Assembly: GCA_964349365.1 (NCBI GenBank)
Contig: CAYGFY010000013.1
Location: 3,729-67,728, forward strand
Reading direction: 5' to 3'
DNA from: an uncultured Bacteroidales bacterium
Lineage (GTDB): Bacteria; Bacteroidota; Bacteroidia; Bacteroidales; UBA7960
DNA length: 64,000 bases
Part shown: positions 28,299 to 36,195 of the stretch, in pieces
How positions within the stretch are numbered: position 1 is the first letter of the stretch
How the letters are laid out: every line of letters starts with the position of its first letter
The notes under the pieces: generated by a model
The model's input: the letters and a program-made list of their open reading frames with translations, nothing else
What the model was told of the DNA's origin: nothing
Databases searched by the model: none
Program-made: the position numbers and the translations under genes

Positions 28299-29159
28299 TC
28301 ATGGTACATCTATTCTCCTGATGACCTTTAAAAGCAAAAACCAGTCTTCCGTTGTGATTTCGATTTGACGGGCTTTGGATTGACTTTCGATTCTCGCGGC
28401 AGATGTGGTGCCTATAACCGGAATAATTCCTGACGGGTGTTTTAGGAGCCAAGCCAAAAGCAGGGCATCGGCATTACACGAGTATTTATGGGTTAATTCT
28501 CGAAAAATGGTTGAAACTTCTGCTATTTCCAGCAAACCCTCCTGAAAAAAGGTTCCTAATGGTTTCCAGGCCATCGGAACAATCCCGTTGGTTTCCATGT
28601 AATCAAGCAAATCGCCGAAAAGATGGTCGGGCTTTGTTGCCGATACCTCTATCTGGTTGTACTTTATGGGCAACTGCCTTGCTAAAAGGCCGATTTTTGA
28701 GGCGCCAAAGTTCGAAACTCCAAAAGACTTAATTGTTTCGTTCTCGATTAGAGGATTGATCACGTGGGCGATTTCACTCACGTTCATTAGTGGACTTGGC
28801 CTGTGAAGCAAATAAAGGTCGATGTACTCCGTTTTTAGGTTTCTCAAAGAGTTTTCGAGCGATTGCTTAAGTTCTTTGCTCGAATAATCGTAGTGTTTTA
28901 CCCTGTATGAATTGTTTCCGCAAGGATACTGGATGCCGCATTTCGTGACAAATTGAACCTTATCTCGCGGAATTCCGGTAAGCTGAAATGCCTTGCCAAA
29001 ATCTTTTTCGGTTGTGTACGCGCCATATATTGCAGCGTGGTCAAATGAGGTAAGTCCAAGCTCGCAGGATTTTTCAATTAATCTAGCAATTTGCACACTG
29101 GAGTAATTGGCGCCCCATCGGCCCCACTTCATCGTTCCTATTACTATTTTTGAGAGCAC
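28299..29159 (-). CDS. aldo/keto reductase embedded in the men cluster
   Basis: AKR strings are IGTMKWGRWG, FDHAAIYG and LYLLHRPSP. I place the start at the GTG at 29159 (VLSKIVIGTMKWG). The track N-terminus (29294) translates an intergenic word array into FRFLTFDFQPFTFDFSLL and is probably not real. Confidence 0.75.
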   Translation of the reverse strand: MLSKIVIGTMKWGRWGANYSSVQIARLIEKSCELGLTSFDHAAIYGAYTTEKDFGKAFQLTGIPRDKVQFVTKCGIQYPCGNNSYRVKHYDYSSKELKQSLENSLRNLKTEYIDLYLLHRPSPLMNVSEIAHVINPLIENETIKSFGVSNFGASKIGLLARQLPIKYNQIEVSATKPDHLFGDLLDYMETNGIVPMAWKPLGTFFQEGLLEIAEVSTIFRELTHKYSCNADALLLAWLLKHPSGIIPVIGTTSAARIESQSKARQIEITTEDWFLLLKVIRRIDVP

Positions 29160-29354
29160 CTTTTGAAAGTTAGAATTTAAAAGTGAGAAGTCGAAAGTAA
29201 AAGGTTGAAAGTCAAAAGTTAAAAACCTAAAGCCAAAATCCATTTTGCAAACTAAAGGACACCAAGCAAAGTCGCTCAAAGGGCACAAAGTCAAAAGCTA
29301 ATCCGTGATAATCCGTTAAATTCGGGTAATCCGCGTTTCAATCTATTCGTAGTT

Positions 29355-31040
29355 TTAATCAACCATTTTCAAGTTTGCAAAGTAATCTTTAAGCACCTTG
29401 GCGTTACCTTCGGCAGGCGTAAAAACTTCAAGGACCAGAGGTTCGTTGGGGTCGAGAAAAAGCCTATCAAGCGAGGTTTGCAATGACATTAAATCATTGG
29501 CGTGTAAATACTTTAGGCCAAAAGTTTCAACAATTCCTTTAATCGATATGTTGTGGCTGGCCTCGAAGTGTTTTTCGAGCAACCCGGTTGATTCGGGACC
29601 ATCCAGTATTCGGAAAATTCCTCCACCCCCGTTGTTTAAAACGATAACCTTTAGGTTTTGTGGGTAATGCTTGTTCCACAAGGCATTTGAGTCGTAAAAA
29701 AAGGCAAGATCGCCCGTAATAAACAATGTAGGCTTTCCAGATGCCAGGGCTGCTCCAACCGCAGTAGAAAAACTGCCATCAATGCCACTCACCCCGCGAT
29801 TGGAGTAAACATCAAATTCATTTTTGTAGTCGAAAAGTTGCGCGTACCTAACCACGGTGCTGTTTGCTAAATGTAGGTCGTAACCGTGGGTGAGGTTTTC
29901 AATTACCGTTTCAAAAACCTTTAAGTCAGAATAAGGGCAATATTCCATAAACTTGCCATGCCTTGCCTTTACTTTCCCCGAAAGGTTTAACCAAAAATCT
30001 AGAAATACCTTGTTTTTACTTGAAACAAAGGGCAAAATTTGCGAGAAAAACTCACCCGGGGTTATCGGAATTGACATTTCCAGCCTTCCGTAAGTGTCCA
30101 TTTGCAGCTGACCGACATCAACGTGCCAATGCGATTTTGGTTTGGCGTTTCTCAACCATACTTTTATCTTTTTTGACAAAACAGATGTTCCACAAGTAAC
30201 AAGCAAATCGGGAACCAATGCCGAATCGCTTGATTCGTTGGCTTCCAGGCACCTGTCAATCCATGAAATGAACTCCTCACCGTGAAGGTTGCTGGTGGTT
30301 TCTGACAAGACTACTGCCCCTTTATCATTAACAAACTGCTTCAAAATTGTTTCTAAATTTTTATCGGGATTCGACTGCCCTACAAGAATCATGACTTTAG
30401 CTGACTGGTCAAATCTTTCAGATAATAGTTGCACCTGATCGGGCTTAAGAGATCTATTGACTGCAGGAACTTTGAAATCTTTTGGCTCGAACTCTAACGG
30501 TTCAGTGGTACCGTAAAGCGGCTCTGAAAGCGGAATATTCAAGTGCACCGGAGCAAATACCGGATTTGTGCACAAGTTGAGGGCTTCGGAGCAAATTCGG
30601 CTGGCAGCGATTAATTGACTTGGTGTGGTTGCAACCTCTGGCAAGATAAGAGTTTTTCTGGTGAAATTCGAGAAAATGCCTGGTTGCCTTATGGTTTGAC
30701 CAAAGCCTTGATCAACCATTTCTGGTGGCCTGTCCGCAGTTAACACCAAAAGAGGAATCCGCTGGTAATATGCTTCGGCTATTGCTGGCGCGAGGTTTAG
30801 TGCAGCAGATCCAGAGGTGCAAGTAATTGCCACGGGCTTTCGGGTTTGCTGGGCAATTCCGAGAGCAAAAAAACCAGCGCTGCGCTCGTCCACCACGTTG
30901 TAGCAGGAAAATTTCTTGTCGTTACCGAAAAGGTTAATAATTGGCGCATTGCGCGACCCAGGCGATACAACCACCTGCGTAATGCCGCGTTTGGCCATAA
31001 GGCTGCTCAATATTTTAAGGCTGTTGCGATTTTGATGCAT
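29355..31040 (-). CDS. menD: 2-succinyl-5-enolpyruvyl-6-hydroxy-3-cyclohexene-1-carboxylate (SEPHCHC) synthase
   Basis: 561-aa ThDP enzyme with GSRNAPI, GDLAFFYDSNAL and NNGGGGIF. Confidence 0.92.
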   Translation of the reverse strand: MHQNRNSLKILSSLMAKRGITQVVVSPGSRNAPIINLFGNDKKFSCYNVVDERSAGFFALGIAQQTRKPVAITCTSGSAALNLAPAIAEAYYQRIPLLVLTADRPPEMVDQGFGQTIRQPGIFSNFTRKTLILPEVATTPSQLIAASRICSEALNLCTNPVFAPVHLNIPLSEPLYGTTEPLEFEPKDFKVPAVNRSLKPDQVQLLSERFDQSAKVMILVGQSNPDKNLETILKQFVNDKGAVVLSETTSNLHGEEFISWIDRCLEANESSDSALVPDLLVTCGTSVLSKKIKVWLRNAKPKSHWHVDVGQLQMDTYGRLEMSIPITPGEFFSQILPFVSSKNKVFLDFWLNLSGKVKARHGKFMEYCPYSDLKVFETVIENLTHGYDLHLANSTVVRYAQLFDYKNEFDVYSNRGVSGIDGSFSTAVGAALASGKPTLFITGDLAFFYDSNALWNKHYPQNLKVIVLNNGGGGIFRILDGPESTGLLEKHFEASHNISIKGIVETFGLKYLHANDLMSLQTSLDRLFLDPNEPLVLEVFTPAEGNAKVLKDYFANLKMVD

Positions 31041-31041
31041 G

Positions 31042-32148
31042 TCAGCATTGCTGTTCTATAATCAGTAAGAGTGTTTGCGCTTTGAGGTTGGTTTCATCCC
31101 ATTCGGACTCTGCACTTGAATCTGGGGTAATTCCACCACCCACAAAAATAGAGGCTTTTTGATTAACCACGGCCATACACCTTAAATTTACAAACAAGTT
31201 TACGGAAGTTTTGTTGGAAACCGGCCCAAGAAATCCGCTATAATATGCCCTGTTGTGTGGCTCAATGCTTTGGATAATTTGAAGGGCCCTTTTTGGTGGC
31301 AGTCCACAAACTGCAGGTGTTGGATGAAGTTTTAAAGCAAGATTTATTGGGCTTTCGTCAAATGGTAAATCAAAAGAAAAAAGTTTCTGTAAGTGCTTGA
31401 CAGGGCCAGCATTCCTGACTTCTAGTTTATGTTTAGTTAGGTTCTTTACATTGCTGTATTCCAATATTTTAACAATGTAATCAGTAACCAATTCCTGTTC
31501 GTGCAATTCTTTTTGAGAGAACTCCGTTGTATTTTCTTTTTGCCCAGAGTTGTGAGCAACGGTACCGGCAAGCGACATTGTTTCACATTTTCCTGATAAA
31601 GATGTTAGAAGGGTTTCTGGTGTTGCTCCAACCCAGATTTGGCCGTTTCCAATGTTAAAAATATAAACAAAGGCCGATGGATTGGCATTGCAGAGTTGAG
31701 CAAACAATCTGCCAAAATTAAAGTTTTTTGACAGGGGCCTATTAATTATGCGCGAAAAAACAACTTTTTCAATTTCGTTTGATTTGCAAGAGTTGATAAG
31801 CTGATTGGCCAAAAGGTTATACTGTGCCTCTGACTGCTCGGTAAAACAGCTACTAAAGTCAGCATTCAGGCTCCGTTTAGGAATTAAAGCATGGTTTGGG
31901 CAATCGAAATCCCACCCCTCGAATCGCTCTCCTTCGAAAAAAAACAGGGCGGGAAACCTGTCACTTACTGCGAACGGATGAATTAAGAAACCACTTGCCT
32001 CCCGAATACTTTCAGGATTATCAAAGACCACAACTTTTGAAGTTTTCATGGTAACAGGAAACTGGCTATCTGGTAGGCGATAACTAACAAAAGGGCTGTC
32101 TGCCTCTATTGTTTTTTTTATGAAATCTTCCAAATTCATGAACACCAA
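31042..32148 (-). CDS. menF: isochorismate synthase
   Basis: 368-aa chorismate-binding ORF with HPTPAVCG, YYSGFLG and VGGGITPDSSAESEWDET. Its stop lies 1 nt from the menD start. Confidence 0.88.
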   Translation of the reverse strand: MVFMNLEDFIKKTIEADSPFVSYRLPDSQFPVTMKTSKVVVFDNPESIREASGFLIHPFAVSDRFPALFFFEGERFEGWDFDCPNHALIPKRSLNADFSSCFTEQSEAQYNLLANQLINSCKSNEIEKVVFSRIINRPLSKNFNFGRLFAQLCNANPSAFVYIFNIGNGQIWVGATPETLLTSLSGKCETMSLAGTVAHNSGQKENTTEFSQKELHEQELVTDYIVKILEYSNVKNLTKHKLEVRNAGPVKHLQKLFSFDLPFDESPINLALKLHPTPAVCGLPPKRALQIIQSIEPHNRAYYSGFLGPVSNKTSVNLFVNLRCMAVVNQKASIFVGGGITPDSSAESEWDETNLKAQTLLLIIEQQC

Positions 32149-32154
32149 AAGGCT

Positions 32155-32565
32155 TTATTGTTTGGTTACTATGAAGTTTGTTACCCTAACTGTAGAAACA
32201 AGCTGGTTGGCCTCGTCAAAAACATCAACATTCCAAACGTGGGTGTTGTTGCCTTTATGGACAACGGTAGCCTTTGCAACCACTCGTCTCGAGTTACATG
32301 CACGTACGTGGTTGGCGTTCAATTGAGCGCCCCTGACTTCTGAAACAGACGGGTCAACAAGCAACCAAGATCCCAAACCTGCAATGGTTTCGGCAAGTGC
32401 AATGCTGGCACCACCGTGCAGGATTCCGGCAGGTTGTTTGGTGCGATGATCAACCGGCATGGTGGCGGTAACGTAGCCTTGTCCAATTTCGGTGTACTCT
32501 ATTCCTAGGCTTTCCATAAGGGTGCCCGTGTTGAGGGTGTTAAGTTGTTCGAGGGTGAATTGCAT
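32155..32565 (-). CDS. hotdog-fold thioesterase (PaaI/MenI-like, probable 1,4-dihydroxy-2-naphthoyl-CoA hydrolase)
   Basis: It contains GILHGGASIALAETIAG. I place the start at the ATG at 32565 (MQFTLEQLN...). The track start at 32598 is a TTG inside the cassette inverted repeat. Confidence 0.8.
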   Translation of the reverse strand: MQFTLEQLNTLNTGTLMESLGIEYTEIGQGYVTATMPVDHRTKQPAGILHGGASIALAETIAGLGSWLLVDPSVSEVRGAQLNANHVRACNSRRVVAKATVVHKGNNTHVWNVDVFDEANQLVSTVRVTNFIVTKQ

Positions 32566-32585
32566 GGTATTTATATTTTGAAATA

Positions 32586-32600
32586 AGCTATTGCACAAAG
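32586..32600. repeat. left terminal inverted repeat AGCTATTGCACAAAG of the GxxExxY cassette
   Basis: It is the perfect reverse complement of 33163-33177. CACAAAG/CTCAAAG words follow it inward. Confidence 0.9.
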
Positions 32601-32603
32601 TTA
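32596..32603 (-). promoter_or_regulatory. outward-facing -7 box TAACTTTG spanning the inner edge of the left inverted repeat, positioned to drive the men gene string
   Basis: The reverse complement of CAAAGTTA is TAACTTTG, an exact TAnnTTTG match, 31 nt upstream of the ATG at 32565. Confidence 0.4.
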
Positions 32604-32682
32604 CTCAAAGAAAAATCTCAAAGTTCCACAAAGAAAACCACAAAAAGGGCTTATCGAAGTCAAAACAAGTAATAGAAAGAAA

Positions 32683-33054
32683 TCAAATTACAACCCGCTT
32701 TATTCCTTTTTTCAATGAAGTAACTTGAAAATTCAACGATAACCCAAGTTTATAACCACCTAATCCAAGGTATGTCAAAACTTGCGCAGTATGGACATCA
32801 GTAAATGCTTCAACCGTCTTTATCTCAACTACCACTTTATCATTTACCAGCAAATCAATGCGATACCCATGATCAAGTTTAACATCTGTGTAAACAATTG
32901 GCATTGGTTTTTCTTTAACCACATTATGCCCTTTGCTCTTCAATTCAAAATTTAGACATTCTTGAAAGGCGGATTCAAGCAGGCCGGACCCTAGCATCCC
33001 GCGAACATCAATAGCACAACCAATTATTTTATTGGACAACTCATTTTCGTTCAT
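32683..33054 (-). CDS. GxxExxY-family protein (PD-(D/E)XK nuclease-like fold)
   Basis: 123-aa ORF. The family motif region is GSGLLESAFQECLNFEL and the PD-(D/E)XK-like core is YRIDLLVNDKVVVEIKTV. Confidence 0.85.
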   Translation of the reverse strand: MNENELSNKIIGCAIDVRGMLGSGLLESAFQECLNFELKSKGHNVVKEKPMPIVYTDVKLDHGYRIDLLVNDKVVVEIKTVEAFTDVHTAQVLTYLGLGGYKLGLSLNFQVTSLKKGIKRVVI

Positions 33055-33162
33055 ATCGGGGACATTATTGGTTTGGAGCGAAATTTTAAAAGCATTCTAA
33101 ACACATTAAGATTAAGATTTTGCTGCAAACTATTTTGTGTTTTTTGTGAATCCTTTGTGTTC

Positions 33163-33177
33163 CTTTGTGCAATAGCT
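33163..33177. repeat. right terminal inverted repeat CTTTGTGCAATAGCT of the GxxExxY cassette
   Basis: It is the perfect reverse complement of 32586-32600 and ends 3 nt from the rimO stop codon. Confidence 0.9.
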
Positions 33178-33180
33178 ATT

Positions 33181-34476
33181 TTATTTTCCACAACCTTCGA
33201 AGGTAGCAAAAAGTTCAAAATCAGTTGCCGAAGTAATGGTTACATTTGCAAATTCGCCCACTTTAATACAAGGATGAAACGAAACCAGCACCTCGTTGTC
33301 AACTTCCGGTGAATCGAACTCGGTGCGGCCCGTGAAATATTCCCCTTCAAGCCTGTCGATTATCACCTTGAATGTCTGCCCGATTTTCTGCTGATTCAAC
33401 TCCGCCGATATTTTGCGCTGCATCTCCATCAATTGATTGGCACGGCGTTGTTTTTCCTTTTCAGGAACATCATCGGGCAGTTCATAGGCCCTCGTGCCCT
33501 CTTCGGGCGAATAGGTAAAAACACCCAGCCTATCAAACTTAACCAACGCCACAAAATCCATGAGTTCCTTAAATTGTTCCTTTGTTTCACCAGGGAAACC
33601 CAACATAAGTGTTGTTCGCAGGGCTATTCCCGGTACCTGCTGCTTGAATTTTTCCAAGAGGCCCAAAGTCATGGCTTTATCGTGTCCCCGGCGCATATCG
33701 CTCAAAATCTTGTCGTTGATGTGTTGTAGGGGTATGTCAACGTACTTGCAGATTTTCGGATTGGTTGCCATTATGTTTATTACGTCCTCCGGGAAGTTTT
33801 TCGGGTAAGCATAATGAAGCCTAATCCATTCTATGCCATCAATTTCACTTATTTGTTGGAGCAGAGGCGCAAGCAACGATTTCTTTTCCAAATCATAACC
33901 ATAATAGGTCAAGTCCTGGGCAATAAGGAGCAATTCCTTAACCCCCTTTCTTGCCAGTTGGGTTGCCTCGGCAACAAGGCTTTCGATGGTTCGCGATTTG
34001 GCTTCGCCCCTAATCAATGGAATGGCGCAGAAAGAACAAGTGCGATCGCAACCCTCCGAAATTTTCAAGTAGGCAAAATGGCCAGGCGATATCAAGAACC
34101 TTTCGCCAATTTGGTTGTGGGGCTTGTTAGCGAAATGCTTCAAAATGTCTTCTAATCCACGAGCGCCAAACCAAAAATCCACCTCCGGAATTTCGGCCTT
34201 TAGCTCATCCATATACCTCTGAGATAGGCATCCCAAAACAACTAGTTCTTTTACTTGTCCCTCTTGCCGCGCCCTTGCATACTGCAAAATGGTTTCAATG
34301 CTTTCTTCCTTGGCATCCTTTATGAAGCCACAAGTATTGATCACGACAATATCGGCGGGTTCAGCGGAATCGTGCATTATTTTAAAATCAATTTCGGAAA
34401 GTTGGCCCAGAAAATGTTCGGAGTCAACCAAATTTTTCGAACATCCGAGAGTTATGAGGTTTAGAGAGGTAGGCAT
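33181..34476 (-). CDS. rimO: ribosomal protein S12 methylthiotransferase
   Basis: 431-aa ORF with the UPF0004 N-terminus LITLGCSKNLVDSE, the radical SAM motif CDRTCSFCAIP and a C-terminal TRAM domain. Confidence 0.92.
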   Translation of the reverse strand: MPTSLNLITLGCSKNLVDSEHFLGQLSEIDFKIMHDSAEPADIVVINTCGFIKDAKEESIETILQYARARQEGQVKELVVLGCLSQRYMDELKAEIPEVDFWFGARGLEDILKHFANKPHNQIGERFLISPGHFAYLKISEGCDRTCSFCAIPLIRGEAKSRTIESLVAEATQLARKGVKELLLIAQDLTYYGYDLEKKSLLAPLLQQISEIDGIEWIRLHYAYPKNFPEDVINIMATNPKICKYVDIPLQHINDKILSDMRRGHDKAMTLGLLEKFKQQVPGIALRTTLMLGFPGETKEQFKELMDFVALVKFDRLGVFTYSPEEGTRAYELPDDVPEKEKQRRANQLMEMQRKISAELNQQKIGQTFKVIIDRLEGEYFTGRTEFDSPEVDNEVLVSFHPCIKVGEFANVTITSATDFELFATFEGCGK

Positions 34477-34481
34477 TAATT

Positions 34482-34549
34482 AAGTGAAAAGTGAATAGTG
34501 GTTGAGAGGTTTAGAGGTTTAGAGGTTGAGGGGTCGAGAATTTTAGAGG
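34482..34549. repeat. C-depleted word array (GTGAAAAGT / AGGTTTAG units)
   Basis: The 68-nt sequence is AAGTGAAAAGTGAATAGTGGTTGAGAGGTTTAGAGGTTTAGAGGTTGAGGGGTCGAGAATTTTAGAGG. It contains a single C. Confidence 0.85.
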
Positions 34550-34587
34550 CTTGGGGCAAAAAGCCAATAGGCAATGCCTAACAGCCA

Positions 34588-35544
34588 TTACCTATCAGCA
34601 AACAACGAATCGACAAATGCTTCACGGTTGAAAAGTTGCAGGTCGGTGATTTTCTCACCAACGCCGATATATTTTACGGGTATCTGAAACTGGTCGCTTA
34701 CGCCAATTACAACGCCGCCCTTTGCTGTTCCGTCCAGCTTGGTTATTGCCAGGGCGTTGACTTCGGTGGCCGCGGTAAATTGCTTGGCTTGTTCAAATGC
34801 GTTTTGGCCAGTGCTTCCGTCGAGCACCAACAATATTTCGTGGGGCGCATTGCGAATTACTTTCTGCATAACCCTCTTAATCCTCGAAAGCTCGCTCATA
34901 AGATTTACCTTGTTGTGAAGTCTACCCGCGGTGTCAATTATTACAACATCCGCATCGTTTTTCAAGGCAAATTGCAAGGTTTCAAAAGCCACGCTCGATG
35001 GGTCGGCACCCATACCCCCTTTAACCACTGGAACCCCTGCCCTTTCTGACCAAATTACCAGCTGATCAACGGCGGCAGCCCTGAAAGTGTCGGCAGCCCC
35101 AAGTACCACCTTGGCCCCACCCTCCTTGAACCTGTGTGCCAGCTTGCCAATGGTGGTTGTCTTGCCAACGCCATTAACTCCAACGACCATTATTACGTAA
35201 GGTCGTTCGCCAATATCTTGAACCAGTTTTTGAGTATCGGTAGAGCTATTTTCGGCAAGGAGTGCGGCTATCTCTTCCTTCAGTATCTTGCTAAGTTCAG
35301 AGGTGCCGAAATACTTGTCGCGCCCCACGCGTTGCTCCACCCTTTCGATAATCTTTACGGTTGTGGCAACACCAACATCGGAGCTAATAAGTACCTCCTC
35401 AAGGTTGTCAAGCACTTCGTCGTCAACTTTTGACTTGCCAATAACGGCTCGCGAGAGTTTGCCCAAAAACGATTCCCGGGTCTTGTTTAGCCCCTCGTCG
35501 AGGTTTTCCTTTTTATCTTTCTTGAAAAAATCAAATAATCCCAT
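34588..35544 (-). CDS. ftsY: signal recognition particle receptor
   Basis: 318-aa ORF with SRP GTPase motifs GVNGVGKTTT, DTAGR and TKLDGTAKGG. Confidence 0.93.
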   Translation of the reverse strand: MGLFDFFKKDKKENLDEGLNKTRESFLGKLSRAVIGKSKVDDEVLDNLEEVLISSDVGVATTVKIIERVEQRVGRDKYFGTSELSKILKEEIAALLAENSSTDTQKLVQDIGERPYVIMVVGVNGVGKTTTIGKLAHRFKEGGAKVVLGAADTFRAAAVDQLVIWSERAGVPVVKGGMGADPSSVAFETLQFALKNDADVVIIDTAGRLHNKVNLMSELSRIKRVMQKVIRNAPHEILLVLDGSTGQNAFEQAKQFTAATEVNALAITKLDGTAKGGVVIGVSDQFQIPVKYIGVGEKITDLQLFNREAFVDSLFADR

Positions 35545-36169
35545 GATAATGCAGGGTTTAAATACGGGTGCAAAGGTAACGATTTATGATTAACGATTGG
35601 CGGTTGGCAATTTATGATTTATTGAAGTGCGGTGATTGGATTTGTTGATGAGTTCAAATGAACTTTGACAAATTTGGTTAAATGATTGGCCGTTTTGGTC
35701 TTGGCAAGCTTAGCGGCTCCCTTTGACCCCTGAGGGCTTGCAGATTAGAATTGACAAGCTTTTGCTGCTGATTGCCTTGCAAACGCTGATAATCGCCGAT
35801 TACCGAATGTTGCCTCCAGGCTGCATTGCAGAGCCTTGGCTATTGGAGGGCAAGGATCGACCTTCATCAATTTTTCGACCTACATGGGTGGGATGCGCTA
35901 GCAAACCAGCCAGCAAGGTACCACCCAAAATCAAAAAACAGGGCAAAACCCGGAAGTGATTTACCGTGGCGCCCAGTTCTGAACAATGGGCAACCATTGC
36001 GCAATCATTGGGCTAAAATCGGTCGGGCAGGCAACCAGAAAACTCCTCGCCCAAATCCGCAACATTGTGTTGTGTGGCCAGGGGTAGCGAAAAATTGCAA
36101 TAATTATCGCAATGGAGCCATAACGCATGGGTACTTGATTGATTTTGTAATTTTTTCCATTGAATTTCC

Positions 36170-36177
36170 TATTTTTG
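36170..36177 (+). promoter_or_regulatory. -7 promoter box TATTTTTG upstream of recF
   Basis: Exact TAnnTTTG match, 19 nt upstream of the ATG at 36196. It lies inside the longer track ORF, which argues for the shorter start. Confidence 0.45.
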
Positions 36178-36195
36178 CAAAACAAATCCCTCAAA

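Larger units (their letters stand above)
32586..33177 (-). mobile_element. candidate 592-bp GxxExxY gene cassette bounded by perfect 15-bp inverted repeats
   Basis: The inverted repeats at 32586-32600 and 33163-33177 enclose only the 123-aa GxxExxY ORF and subterminal word arrays. The segment fills the whole gap between rimO and the thioesterase gene. Mobility is inferred, not shown. Confidence 0.35.

Noticed and set aside
29160-29294. N-terminal 45 aa of track ORF 28299..29294 (MTLCPLSDFAWCPLVCKMDFGFRFLTFDFQPFTFDFSLLNSNFQK)
   Set aside because: This stretch is a translation of the intergenic word array. The AKR fold begins at VLSKIVIGTMKWG, where a GTG start is available at 29159.
32566-32598. 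TTG-initiated 11-aa extension of the thioesterase ORF (MCNSLFQNINT)
   Set aside because: It starts inside the cassette inverted repeat and upstream of the likely -7 box. The ATG at 32565 gives a normal hotdog-protein N-terminus.
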